Part shown: positions 1-13,894 of the stretch, piece by piece
How positions within the stretch are numbered: position 1 is the first letter of the stretch
How the letters are laid out: every line of letters starts with the position of its first letter
From: Vicugna vicugna
Taxonomy: Eukaryota
DNA length: 64,000 bases
Reading direction: 5' to 3'
Assembly: GCA_013265495.1 (NCBI GenBank)
Contig: MU058387.1
Span: 1,178,001 to 1,242,000, forward strand
Made by a program: the position numbers and the translations under genes
Notes under the pieces: model-generated
Database searches by the model: none
What the model saw: only the letters and a program-made list of their open reading frames with translations
What the model was told of the DNA's origin: nothing

Positions 1-2221
1 TGGAACTAGAAGATCATATTTTGAAAAATATCACTGAGCTATTCATATATATATATTTGATATACACATAACTAATTTATATATAACATATTTATGAGAT
101 CTCTGATTACTTATTTTCTCTTAGAGAAATGTGCTCCAAGAGTATGTTTCCAGAGAGAAAAAAATTTGCCTAAAAATCAACAAAAATGGGAAATGGGATG
201 AGGCCCAGTGATTCAAATGGATTTTTTTTTCTTTAGATTAAATTGACACAGAATATTTATTATATGCATGTAGCAAACCAAACTTTGGTAGATCTTTCTT
301 TCTGTCACTGAATTAACTTGATTTCATAGAATTATGAAAACCGTTTTCAAGTCTATGTTAGTGCTTTGCAAAGTTGCACTCTTTTTTTCTGGCTGGGTCA
401 CTTCACTTAGAAAAGAAAGATCTCAGAGTGTAACCTTGACATCCCCAGGTGCATATTTCTCTAATTGGGAAATTTTTCTTCCATGTTTAGTATTTATTGA
501 AATACAGGATTTGACATCTAGCATACACACACACATGCACACACATGTATGTTTCAAGATTATGCTACTGGCAGTGTTTTTGATCAACGTGTGAATGTGA
601 TTGGGAAAATATATGCACCATTAACCATAATTCCCACACTGAATGTATAATGTTTGTGGTTAGGAGCTTTTGAAAAACCTGTTGTAATTTGCTCTTGTCT
701 TTGTCTGTTGTGAAATCTTTACTCAGAAAGACCTAATGTATATTGGGGTCAAGGTTACCTCTTACAGGGAATTCTGATCTGTTACAACATAAGATATGCC
801 AGCTGCAGGAAATACAGAAAGAGAGCTGGGAGGTTTCTTCCATTCTTGTTGATCTTAATCCATCATTTAAACAACAGTAGGATTTATTGGTAGAATTGGC
901 AGAATCATACAAAACAATTTTGCTAACGTATAGCATGGGTAGATAGAAATTTCCATTGATTGGAAAGGCAAAAACAACATGCACTCACATTTGGTGGAAT
1001 GAAAAATGGCTAAACTCATAATTCTTTAGTGGTTAAACCATGCATCCAGTGAATGCACAATAAAAGTTAGATGCAGTGTTGATGCTGTTACGTGGATTAC
1101 ATGTTCGACTCTTCTAAACTTTGGTCAGTAGGGAGTCAGACACTAAAAGCCCTGCTATTTACTGGTGCTTTACGGCGGTGACTCCATGCTGCCTCCACCT
1201 TCTAAGTCCTCGCAAATGTACTGTGAAGATTTACACTCATAACAAGTATGGAATCCTGGAGGGAGGGCTGTAGCTGTGAAATTTACTTTTTACACCCTCA
1301 GCATATCTTTGGCAAGGAAATAAGCTACATTGAATTTCCCCCCAACCCCTCTTCACCTTTGAGAAAAATAATGTCCTTAATTCTACCACAGCACAAAAAA
1401 ACCTAGGACAAGTCCAAGAATCTGCCAAGAGGGGAAAACTACCAGGTGTTTAAATGGCAAACGTCCACGGGATACAGTTGAATGAGTAAAGATGAATGGG
1501 GATGAAACATTTAGTTTGAAATGAATTCAAGTGAAAATTAAGCCTGACTATGACCAAAATATAATTTAATCTGTTCATTTTGCTCTAGTTAACCCCTACA
1601 TATAAAAATATGCACTGAGAAAACAGGAACTTGGTATCATATATATTGTAAAAACATATGGTAAATTTCCAAAGAGAAGTGTCAACCTCAAAACCAAGCA
1701 AACATAGTGCTCCCACTGGACACAAATTAAACCTGGGAAGCCTGTTAAGTGCATAGCCAGAAAAAATACGACATATATTTTAGGAAATGGGAAAGATAAA
1801 CCAATAGAGAAAGATAAAACATAAAGTCACCAAATGTCACAAGACATTTTTACCAATGTGGACCCCTTTCCTTCACAGACAGACCATCATACTTGTAACG
1901 GAAAACTACAAACTAAGGATAAAAAACTACAAACTAGCATCAAAAAATACTCTGTGGTTTTTGTTTCTTTGACTTTCTTACTTTTGTTAGGAAACAAACC
2001 ATTGATAGAAGCATAACTGGAGGGGGGATGACAAAAAGGGATGCAGTCCTTCACAAATCCTGTCTGTAGAAATTATTTTGTTTCTAGTGGTGAGTTATTG
2101 AAGTGCTATCTATCTTGGATTTTCTGAGAGTTCTGATTTCAAATAGTCTCTTCTGTTTCAGAGCTTGAGGTTTGTCACATAGAAAATTCAGCATTTACTA
2201 GTCTCTAACAGTACATTTACC

Positions 2222-2415
2222 CTATATAGCTATATTATATATATAGCTATAATATATATTATATATTATATAATCTATCTATAATATATATATAGAATAA
2301 ATGAATGTGCACATATACATACAGAAAGAGAGAGATAGAGACAGAGAGAGATGGGGAGAGAAAGAGAGACAGAGACAGAGACAGACAGGGATGGAAGCAG
2401 AAAGAGTGAGAGAGA
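2222..2415. repeat. (TA)n followed by (GA/GACA)n simple repeats adjoining the MLT2 LTR
   Basis: Directly visible tatatagctatattatatat... and gagagagatagagacagagagag... tracts. Confidence 0.85.
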
Positions 2416-2419
2416 TTTT

Positions 2420-2697
2420 AAGATGTTGACTCTGGCGAGGGTTCATTTGAATTAAGTCTTTGAGTTGAAGGCAGTCTAGTGGCAGAATTCCTTCCACTTC
2501 AGGGGAACTCAGTCTTTTCTCTTAAAAGTTTCAACTGATTGGATAAGGCCCACCTATATCATGGAGAGTAATCTGCTTTACCTGAAGTCTACTGACTTAA
2601 GTGTTATTAACATCTAAAAAACTCCTTCACAGAAACATCTATACTGGCTTTAATCAAATAATTAGGCACCATAGCATGCCCAAATTGACACATAAAA
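2420..2697 (-). mobile_element. MLT2 (ERVL) LTR fragment, MLT2D-like
   Basis: ggcagaattccttcc...ttcaactgattggataaggcccacc...aatctgctttac...ccaaattgacacataaaa matches the recalled antisense MLT2D consensus. Confidence 0.8.
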
Positions 2698-5600
2698 GGG
2701 AAGGAATCAAATTTAACATTGTAAATGGGAATAACTTAGGAGACTAAACACCCATTGTGAATTTGTCATCCTATGGCCATGAGGAGTGGGGACAAAAAAA
2801 TAGGTGTTAGTAGCAGAGAGAGTGAATGTTTGACAAATATCTATTTGCTCTGTGTGATTCCAAATTTGCCAGGCAGTGTCTACCAGTACTGGTCAGCAGA
2901 TTCTACATTTGTCACATCTAGACTGAAATCCTTAAAAGCTAGTGTATATTCTCTATTTCTTTGCTATTGAAAGGTGGAGGAAGAGTGTCTAATCTGCACT
3001 ATAATTATATGAGATTGGTAAACCTGTATTTTTTTTTAAGTCACCAAGATGTCAGGGATTTTCTGTTATATCAGCCTGGTTAAGATAGTGGCTTATACTG
3101 TATATAAAAAACTCATTCTCACTCTAAAAGAGATCATCTTTGTTGAACATTTATATATATATATATATCTAAAGAAGAAAATTAAGATTAGATGAGCATT
3201 AGTTTTATCTTGTTGCATTTTCTTCCAATATTTAAATATATATTACATTAAAAGTGCAATTGTTTTTAACTGTGACATAGTCATACAAACACAAATATGA
3301 AATTACAGAACATACACACATGCATTTGTTGTGTCCTTACATTTAAAGACATAACATTGTTTATTGTGCTTGATTTCATACCACTAAAATTCTTCAGAAA
3401 TGTAATTAAATGGTCATAAGAGATATTCCTAGAAAGTTCTAAACCCTAAATGTTTTATTTATATTGTTTCCAACATTATTTTAATAGTAAAATTATCTGA
3501 AAGCATCACACATATTATAACAGGACCACATTATCAGCACTCCTTTAATATCCAGGATATCACCACTGCTTGTGTTAGTCAGCTTTCTAACCTTATCATA
3601 GGCTGGAATGCTAAAGACATTTCATTAATTTCAAAACATTTTTTTAAATGTGAACAATTACACATATTTGTACACTGCAATTGGAAAAATGATGACTTAG
3701 TTCCACATGTTTAATATTTATTGTTTTTATTACAATATTTTATGAGTAAATATCATAAAGCATTATTGTAAAAGTTTGGCATTATTAATATGTTTTAAAA
3801 AACTAAAACATGATTGCCTTCTTTTATATTGATAGCCAGATCTTCTGTATGGATGAAAGTTTTTCAATTGTAATGAAAGATACAAAGCTGAATCTTTACC
3901 TGTTTTCAGTTTCTGCCTTCTGGCCAGAAAAACAAAATAGAGAAAAAAAAATCTTGCAAATTTAATTGTTAGTAAGTATATTATGTAAATTGATGGTTCA
4001 ATCATTATTTTAAATTGTATCAAATATGTTTTACCACATCAATGCTTTCCAAATTTTCTTCAAAATTTTATTTTTTTCTTTGTTTCCAATATTGTGCTTG
4101 GTGACCAAATTTATTTCCTCCGAATATTGATACCTTGAAATTTACAAACTACATTTTAATATTTTCTTATTTTGACTTTAGACATTTTATATCATATTTT
4201 ATTTCAAAATCTGAATATTTGGTTATTTTGAGAAATTTTTCAATTTCTAGAATTTTGAAGTCATCCTGAAAAATTTCTCCATTACTCATTGTACTAATTC
4301 AAATGTGACAGAAATTTATAGTAGATTTTTCATACACATGTAATATTTTTGGAAAAGCATTCATTTTTAAAGTTACTCATATTTACATGCTGGTAAATAT
4401 GAGTAAATTTTTTTATTTTTAAATTAAATCAATTTTTCTTAAATTCATTTCAAATACAAATGTAATTAATATCACAATTGTGCTTTTATATTTGTGAAAT
4501 GATTTTTAAAATGTAGTTCAGTGAATGATGAAGTTGATTTATGTATCTTTTTTGGAAACAATGATTCTATGGTATGTTGTGCCACAATTTAAAATTTCAG
4601 CATGTAAATATCACTGACTCTTTTCCAAGCATGTGACAGTTCACTTTAATAACAAAACTGCTTGGATGCTTAAACCTCTTATTTGATATAATAACATAAA
4701 TTTAAGATAAAATTAAACAATCAGAAAGGCCACTATCAAATACAAAATTAAATAAAATCCCCAGTTAAATCTCAAATCTAATTATTGAAACTAAATTCGA
4801 TGCAAAGACACTGAGCTAGTTGTCAGAAGACAGAAATGAGCACAATTTGATCTGCATCTGACTGAAATTTTTAAAGTTTAAAAGTTTAATACTTGCATTT
4901 CACATATGCAGTTCACACAGCATATACAAACTAAATTTCAAAGTGTTCAACGTGATGTTGTTAGTTGCAGTGTAACTACAAATTTGTCATTTCATGCAGC
5001 CTATCTTACCTATAGGGGAAAAATTTAAGATATCTTTATATTTATAATAATATCATTAAAATAAAGAATAAACTAAATATTTTAATATTCATCCACTCAT
5101 TATTTTAATTATAAATGGGTTATCAAAGTGATTTACGTAAATTAACTACTAGGGTCAAAATAAGGTATTCCAGCTGGCCACACATTTGTTCTCCATCTTA
5201 AAATTTTCAAGGAGAATCACAATGGTGACCATCCTGGGAGCCGCTGTTCTTTCTCAGGCTCTGGATACATCTGCCTGTCTTTATCTTCACTAGGCACAAA
5301 AGGAATCCCCTAACCTTCTGTGATTTTTAATTTAAAGGTGAAATAACTCACCTATTGAGGCTTCTGCATCTATAGATCCTTATCTGACAAAAAAAAAAAA
5401 TGGGCATGACTTGTAGTTAGAAAAAATATGAACTAATAGCCCCTTAATTGTTCTCCCGAATCATGTGAGAAGCAGATTCCAGCTGCCTCTGAAAGACTGA
5501 TAAATAGATTTCAAAAGATTGATAAAAGGCAGATCTTTAAGCCATAAAACTCTCACCCAGAAATCATGCTTCTAAATATTTTAACTTTCTGGAGTCCTCC

Positions 5601-6354
5601 TTTCTCATAACAATATAAGGTAACATCTAAGATAGGCTATGATGTGTGCATACCCTAATACTAAAAAAAATGCTACCCAATTTTATAACTGATTAGAGGT
5701 TGACTGTTTGGCTGTTGATTAACAAAGGACAGGTATCTTAAAGCATTTTTCAGAGCGAATACAAGGAAGGTCATTCCGCTAGGTTTGTGCCTTGGGGTTG
5801 TCGCACGTGTACACCCCCGGGACAGGCGGTGGGAATCCACATGCATTATTTCCCCCCAAAAAGGCTATTGAAGTAAATTATATTTTGCTAGATGAGAGAT
5901 GTAATGCCACACTTTATAAGGAGATGAATAGAGATGGAGAGAGATGACTATGACAGAGAGAGATGGTTAGTGAATGGACTCAGACGAAGGATGCCTCAGT
6001 CGTGTGCCGGCTCTACCACTCCTGACTCACCTTGAGCATGCGGCTTGCCCTGCTCTTTGTAAGAAGAGGACTGCAAAGCCTATGATAGGATGGATGCAGA
6101 GGTAATCTACTACTAGTGACTCACGTGGTACACTCTTGTTAAAATGGCCCTAATGCAGTCTGACACACTGTCTAAAACAAAAGGGAAAAAATAAGATAAT
6201 CAACCTCCTGGTTGTAGTAATAATGCCTTTGTCTACTCATCTGAGTATTCTTTCTCAAGAAAGAAATGCTTTTGATCCAGCCTTCTGAATAGTTGAATAT
6301 TTTTACTCATCTTTTATATGCATTTTTCTCTAATAGATGGTATCTGTTGAAGCT

Positions 6355-6520
6355 TCCACGGTATAGTCAAAAGAGCTCTGGAATTGGAGAGGGAAGTCCA
6401 GGATTTTGAATCCCCAGTTGGCTGCTTGGGCAATTTCCTCATCTCTCACTGCTATAAAGAGAAGATAAAGAGATGTATATGACAGCTACATGCAGATTAT
6501 AAAACTCTGTTCAAAAGTGA
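6355..6520 (+). mobile_element. MIR SINE fragment
   Basis: aagagctctggaattggaga...ggattttgaatcccc...ttgggcaatttcctcatctctc: degenerate MIR core. Confidence 0.5.
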
Positions 6521-6911
6521 TTTATTTTCATCATATCCTTTATAGGAGGGAGGAAAACTTTCAATTATGTAATGGGGTTTTAATTAACAAACTGTAAACT
6601 TGATTACAGTTTGTACTTCCCTCTGGTCATTGCATGTTTTTTTGTTTTGTTTTGCTTTCCCGTAATCAACCAGTAACTGTCATGTGAGAGGTTGAGGGGA
6701 AAAGAAACCCACATTTTTTCTTCACATGGACCTTGCATTTAGAAAGTAAAAAAATAAAAGGAAAAATCATTATTTCAGTTCAGAGTCTCCCTGGCATTTC
6801 ACATTACAGCATGGTTCCATGGGGCCGTGGAAGGTGTTAATTAGTCTTAATACATTATTTTTACTTCTTAAATGAAACAAATCTAAGACATATAGACTGG
6901 CATTTTAGTTA

Positions 6912-6977
6912 AAACAAAAAGAAAAAGAAAGAAGAAAGAAGAGAAAGGAAAGGAAAAAAAAGAAGGAAAAGAAAAAG
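6912..6977. repeat. A/G-rich polypurine low-complexity tract
   Basis: aaaacaaaaagaaaaagaaagaagaaagaagagaaaggaaaggaaaaaaaagaaggaaaagaaaaag. Confidence 0.85.
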
Positions 6978-7049
6978 TGTAAAACACAGAATCTTGACCT
7001 ATGATACTAATACTGAAAAAAGTATCATAAAATAAGAATGAGACAATAT

Positions 7050-7487
7050 TACCATAGTTGAGCACTATTTTAATGCCCAATAAATGTAAGCACAGAAACA
7101 AAGTAAACACACAAATGCACACACATTTGACAGACTTTGAATAAGGGGGGAAGCAACTCTCAAACAGATGTTTCTTTTCCCCCTTTTGCACAAACATTTT
7201 ACTGAGAGTCTTCACACCAGATTTTACTAATTAATTTGGAAAAGGGAGTGATGGGTGCTGCTGATGCTAATCACAGGAAACAGACACCAAACTGCGGTCC
7301 ATTTTCCCTGTCTCTGACAGCAGCATCTGGCTCCTTGGCAGGCTCTGTCAACCTTTGCATTGACGTCCTAGGAGCTGCCTCAGGTCTGTCAGTTTCCTGG
7401 GATGTCGCCACTGGGCTGAACCTCACCACAATCATTTTATTTCGTTGTTGGTCACACTGGGTCTTGAAGAAGTTCTTCCTTCTGCTT
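7050..7487 (-). other. Candidate exon (possibly terminal) of an unidentified minus-strand transcript
   Basis: Acceptor tttctacgattgcag|AAGCAG at 7488/7487. GC-richer unique sequence with one frame open for 71 codons to TGA at 7273-7271. ATTAAA at 7074-7069 followed by U-rich sequence. No recognised protein. Confidence 0.25.
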
Positions 7488-8204
7488 CTGCAATCGTAGA
7501 AATTTATACAGAGTCAACACCACAGTGTTTTTCTGTGATCCTGAGATGTCCATATAGGTGTTTTTACTTTTTAAGGTGGAATTTCAGCTTAGATATACTT
7601 TGAATTTTAGCCTAGAAGGAATGGCCAAGTGCAGGAGAGTCAAATAATTCTTAAAGCAAAGCAAGAAATTATTTAGAGGACCTTAGGAGTATATCATGGG
7701 CCCACTAATATAAAACTAAGCCAAGTAAGGTTACAAGGAACGGGAGGAAGAGCTTCTAAATTCAATTCATTAATGTATTGATTGCTAAGAAAAAAGAGGA
7801 ATACCCCAAAAGAAATTAGACACCATTGATGAAAAATTAAAAATCTAGCAGAGAGGAGAAATGGAAACACAGAAGGGATTACTTTTCTCAATTTCAAAAT
7901 TTATAAATTATAAGTAAATGTAATATAATTTTGGAATCTCAGGATGTTCCAAATAGAAAGCTATGGGTCACAAGTTAGGCTGCAGGATATTAGTAGCCAC
8001 CAATTTGAGAAGCTTGCATTCGCATTTTATATCATATATTTAATTTGTGTAATTTTTAAATGATTAGGCCCCTGCCCATGTTCTCTGGTAAGAAAAACAA
8101 CATGATTTAAAGGGTAATTGGTTATTAAAAATATGAATATTCTCATTTCAAGGAGTATGGTTTTAACTTTAAAATGTGAAAATGCTTTTCAAAGGAGATT
8201 GTTT

Positions 8205-9450
8205 GTGGGTTTTTAATAGTAAAATACATATATTTCATATGATAAAACATTTAAACTATATTGAAAAATATAAAAAATAGAATATGCCCCATTTTCTTTT
8301 CCTCACACAATCCTCTCTGAAGAGACATCTCCTCTTAAAGGTCAATATCCTTTCTATGAATTTACATGGTTGCATTTTACAGAAAAAAAGTTATTTTTTT
8401 CTAAACATAAATAGATCATGATACATGTGTTCTTAGATCATTTTATATTCAACAATATGTTCTGGGAACATTTCAACGTCAATTCATAAAGACTACATTA
8501 TTTTGAATGGTTGCCTCACATTCCATATCATAAAGGTTCTGAATGAGCACTTAGGTTGCCTCCAATACTTCCAAATTGTGAGACAGTATCACAATAAACC
8601 TCACAGTTATCTCGTTGTCCACATGGAAAAATATTTATCACAGATAAGAAAATATTTATCAAGGATAAGATGAAGTTTCTGAATTTAATGACTCATTTAA
8701 AGTTTTGGTGTATATGACCAAATTGGCCCATTAACCTTTGCTAATATACATTCTATCAATAGTAGAGGAGAGTTCTTATTTCCCCACATCATTTTTTAGC
8801 CCTTTAAAATGTTTGCCTATCTAATAACATATCTCGTGGTTTTATTTTTTTCCCTTGATTCTGTGTAAGGATATAAGTTTTGTGGGGTTTTTGTTATTAT
8901 TTGTACTTATTAACTGTGTATTGACTGATTAAATCTTACATTCATGTTCTGTTGGAATAAATGTAACTCCCTTAGTTATTAGGATGCTATATATTTCACA
9001 TATTAATTCTTTGCTTATTAAATATGGTACAAATTCTTTTTTCAAACTATAATTTATATTTTAATAGTTTAAAATCTATCATAATGAAATTTTAAGCATT
9101 GGTGTAGTCAAATCTGCTGGTTTATTCCTTTATGGCTTTTGGTGTTGTTCCTTTTTAGGAAGAATTTCCATAATCCAAAGCTACCTAATCTTTTATTTAA
9201 TACTTTTCTTCAATAGTTGTTTAACTTTAGTTCTTTAAACTCCTAGGTGTATATTGTAACGTATGACACAAGATATGGTTCTAACTCAATTTTTTTCCTT
9301 TATTATAGCCAATTTTCCACTAATTATTGGTAAAGAAATAATTTCTCAAATTTGAAATTATCTCTTAAATTAATTTTTTAGAAAACAAGGTGGTCGCTTT
9401 ACTCTATTCTGTTTCATTTTGGATTTCGGTATTGCTGTACCCTAAATTGA
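8205..9450 (-). mobile_element. Old L1 (L1ME-like) 3' region, degraded
   Basis: T-rich antisense L1 3'UTR/ORF2-end motifs, e.g. gagcacttaggttgcctccaa, gtagtcaaatctgctggtttattcctttatggctttt. Confidence 0.6.
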
Positions 9451-10547
9451 TAAATATCATAATTTTGTAAAAGTACTTAGTAGCTTAAACAAAGTACTGT
9501 TTTTGTCAAAAATAATTATCTATTTTACCTTATTTTTTCTTAAATTAAAACAAGAAGAAAAACAACTAGTTTGTGAAATGCCTTTTAAGTCTTTATCTTC
9601 AAACAGGTCATCTATTTTGAGAGAAGTGCCATTGTTTTAACCAAAAGGGTGAAATTAGAGATTGTAAATTACAATCAGTGTATCTTTCTTTGGTCATTAA
9701 GCTGAATCATTTCTAAGAAGCTGCGGGAAGTATGGATGCATACTGGGTTAGACAGTTGAATGTCAATCTGTTGGCTTTCTAGCATTTTCTCTCCAGGTAG
9801 ACACAGTTTCCTCCACTGCCATATTTAAAGCCGAGTACACTGAACCATTTATGGGTCTTTTGTGAAAGATTTACAAAGTAACTGTGGAGCCAGACGCCTA
9901 TTGTTATTTCATCAGAGATGATTTCTCTTAGGATAACTCTTGACTGAGAAGAAACTTCAGTGAAATGTTATTCATGTGTGTAAGTACGCCAGAGAGAGAT
10001 CCAAAATACATTCCCACTTACCACACCTCATTAATAGCAAAAAGAAAACAAAACCGCTTAGATAAATTGCCTTATGTATCTTAGAGTACTCTGTTTGGAA
10101 TATTATGTATTTATCGGGACGATTGTGTTACATCAGTCAAAACTAAATAGGACTAGTCATGTGAGAGCTATTTGCATTCATTTTTCCATTCATTGGTGCA
10201 TTTCTTTGAAATGCATTAGCTGAATATGAGTGATAATGCAGTCAGGTGGTTATCAGGATTAACAGGCAAATAAGCAAATTCGCATGGAGAAGAAAAAGCT
10301 AAGGAGGTTATTACTGAATGTTATATTATGTTTCTGAGGGTTTAGGAGGGGTTTGAGATACTTAAACTCTCAATGTAAACTTCTCTTCATAGCCCAAGGG
10401 GAATCCTCTGACAGTAAAGCCATTCGAAAGAAGTACGTGGCCACTCTCAATCTGTCTGCTCAGAGGACGCATAGTGTTCAGTACACCCAGAAGCATAACT
10501 TTATGTATTTTAGAAGAACATTTAAGATGAGGACCTCAACATGCTTT

Positions 10548-11084
10548 TGTATTAGTTTTCTATTATTGCTATAAAAATCACTTCAAACGCAGTGTCTTGA
10601 AAAACATACATTTATTATTTTACAATTCCAGATGTCACACGTGCAAAATGTGTCTCACTGGACTAAAATCAAGACCCTGGCAGGATGGCATTCCTTCTGT
10701 TGGGTCTAGGGGACAATCTGTTTCTTTTCCTTTTCCAGCTTCTAGAGGCTGCCTGCCTCCTTGGTTCAATGGCTCTTTTCTCCATCAGCAAAGTCAGCAG
10801 TTGTGAATCTCCGAACTGTGCTTTTTCCCTGACACCCCCTCTTTCTCTTTGCTTCCTTTATCACATCTCCTCTGATTCTAACTCTTCTGCCTTCTTTCAC
10901 TAATAGGGACCCTGGTGGTTATAATTGGTACACCTGGATAATGATCCAGAATAATCTCCCCATTCCTATCTCAAGATCCTTAATTTACATCCACAAAGTT
11001 CCTAGCCATGCAAGGTAACATATTCCCAGGTCCCAGGGATTAAGATTTAGACATCTCTGGAGGACCATTATTCTGATTGTCAAA
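10548..11084 (-). mobile_element. MLT1 (ERVL-MaLR) solo LTR, MLT1D/E-like
   Basis: Begins tgtattagttttcta; ggactaaaatcaag...ttccagcttctagaggctgcc...aaggtaacatattcccaggtcccagggattaag...ggaccattattctg. Confidence 0.85.
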
Positions 11085-11159
11085 GTCTACTTTCTGATTA
11101 TATCAGCCAGAGCAGGCTTCAGGGTTTGAAATCAAGAACCGTAACTAAAACATCAGGAT

Positions 11160-11285
11160 TTCTAAGAGTGTACTCAATATACCCAGAGCATCTTAGACCT
11201 ACTGAGTAGAATTGTTTGAAAGTGGGCCAGTGAATCTACACTTATATCCAAGTAATTCTGCTGCACAGTAAATATCTGCATCTAG
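11160..11285. mobile_element. MER5-like hAT-Charlie remnant
   Basis: agacctactgagtagaat...gtgggccagtgaatctacactt...ccaagtaattctgctgcacag resembles the MER5A core. Confidence 0.45.
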
Positions 11286-11389
11286 GATTTTAATGTCGTG
11301 TTTACAGAAGAATAGATTTTATGCCTTCTTCCCTTTCAAGAATGTGCCCATCATTTGAATTTCTAGTTTCAAATAGGGAGGTTTAGGAG

Positions 11390-11650
11390 GCAGGGTAGTT
11401 TAATGAAAAAACCCCGGGCTTTGGAAAAAGAATTTCAATTTCAGGTTTCATTCTTTTCAGCCATAATCCTTCTTATTTCTATCTAGTCACACTTAGGATG
11501 AATCAAATCCTTTTTCTTCTAACAGTAGTTTTCTCATCTGTAATATGGAACTACATTATCGATTTTAACAGACTCATAAAAAATAAAATAAAATATTTAC
11601 ATAGTAAATAATAGTGCCTACCATATGGTAGGTGTAAAAGAAAATGTTTC
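11390..11650 (+). mobile_element. MIR SINE
   Basis: agttttctcatctgtaatatggaa...aatagtgcctaccatatggtagg. Confidence 0.6.
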
Positions 11651-13841
11651 TTACCAAAATGCAGCACAATACATATAGTTATAAAAAATAATTCCCCATT
11701 AACTTAATGTACTGTACTTAACGCTTTTAGCTTCTCCAGACTTTTGCATTTTCTAATTTTCCTTTGGTCCACCAGAGCTGTCAGGATTATTTCAACCCCT
11801 CCTTCCTATCCAGATGTCCCCTCTCTCCATATTTTCACTTCAACAACTTCTGGGTGCCGTCTCTATTGCCTGTGGATTTTCGTTCAGGGTTTTTGATTAA
11901 GAGATTGTGGCATGTTAATCTGTGTGATGCATTTCTCTGAGGACTTTTCCAGTCAGCCCCTTTCATCTGGACCTCCTTTACTCTTCAAAGGCAACTCTCG
12001 GGGCCACATCTAAGGTAGGTTTAAGGCCTGGAATAAATCACATTGGGAGGCTCCTTCCTTTCTGGTTAAAAGGAGAAAAGGAGAGATGATAATTCATAAA
12101 AGGAAGGATCCCCAAGCTTGAGACGCATGAAAGCAAAGGCAGAAATATCCCAGGGATCTGGCTTCTGTGCTCTTTAATACTTGTGAGATGATTGTGTGTA
12201 TTTCAATGTGCTCATTAAGTTTCAGAACGGTGTCATTGTAAACTGTTTCAATAAATAATTAATTAGTATTGTAGGCTGTCTAATGGCATTTCTAGAGAAC
12301 TCTCAGTAACTTTCATATTTTTTCCTCTAAAAATTATTTTATAGCAAACCCTAAAATTGTTATCACTAGTAAAAACACTGACAATACACATTTACAGTTG
12401 GCATCAGATGACCTCATTTTTATAAAGAGTAACTGAACTACATCAGCATTGGAGAAGCAACTCAACCACATTTCAATAACATAGACAGAAAAAGATGTCA
12501 AACATCTGGTCAACCAGCAGTATTTTGATATATAATAAACCATGGAATTAAACTAATTTTTAGGAATGATTTTTTCCCCTCTGTTTACAATATATTGATC
12601 ATAACTCCATTTGCTTTGGAAAATAGATTTCTGGGTTTTTTTTTTGAAATGTGCATGTACATGGATCTGAGCATCTATGTCTGCATTCTGGGAAGGGAAT
12701 GATACCCACCAGGTGGGTGACTCAGTGCCCTGTTGAGGATTTTCAGGTCAGATGTATATAACAGAGTATCAGCCATGGCACCAAAATTCACTATCTACAC
12801 TTTAGAAAAATACTTAATAATTCACTTGAACAATATATAGCCAGATTCAAACTCCTTGTTCGCCTACAAACAAGTAATCTAAACAAACTTCTAAAAATTC
12901 AGGATATCTTCAGTCCCTTCACCTGTTGCTAAATTGAAATTAATAGATAATCTCTTTGGCCAGTGTTTACAGAACTATCCATGTTATATTCTCTGAATGA
13001 ACTGTCTCCATTTCCATTATCCTTATATGCAGCTGAAATACCTACAAAGCACTACCAGTGATTTTAAATTCTGTCCCTCGGTGTCTTGCTCTCTGGAGAA
13101 ATGACACAAATTAGTTTCCACTTCTTAAAAGGACAAGACCCACTTCTTTTAACTTTTCTTTCCAAAACTTTTTCATAAATTGAAAATAGAGCTGTTAAAC
13201 TAATGGAAGCATGTATTAAAAACATACAGATTCATTATAGATAAATACAAACTCGGCAGTGATTCAATTTTTGAATATTCTCTCCTTGTACGAGCTCTTT
13301 CCCCTCCCACCTATTTTCTGGGATATACGGCAATCAAGATATAATTTTAAAAACCCAATAAATTACTTCCTCAATTAATGTTTTTTGCCTCCTTTTAAAT
13401 TATTAATTATTAAGCACCTGCCATATGCCCAATATAGTATGGGAGACACAAAATAAGTCAGTTTCTTGCTCTCAGAAAAAAAATAATTAACTTCTTTAAT
13501 TAATGTCTTTCTCCTTCTTGGCCACTGACTTCACTAGACGTTACTTTGTGCTGAGCTATATCATAAGGAAATAGGAACTTATTTCATTCCTCTTTTATTT
13601 AATGGGACACCTCCAAGTTTTGTAATATCCTGTAATTTGCTGTTTTCCTCAAATATGAATCTTAATCCTGAGCTGCCAGGCAACAGTGGGAAGGATTTAC
13701 TTTCCTAGTAAATATGAGCAGAGGATACTATGTGAGTGGTGTCATTAGCAAAAATGAGGTTCAAAGAAGAGGAAGGAACCTCAGAGACAGCGTATCTCCC
13801 ACTTTATATTTCTTTATTCTGAAAGAGACAGAAATAAAGCA

Positions 13842-13894
13842 TGTGTTTGTGTGTGTGTGTGTGTGTGCGTGTGTGTGTTTGTATGTGTGTGTGT
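13842..13894. repeat. (TG)n microsatellite, interrupted
   Basis: tgtgtttgtgtgtgtgtgtgtgtgtgcgtgtgtgtgtttgtatgtgtgtgtgt. Confidence 0.95.
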
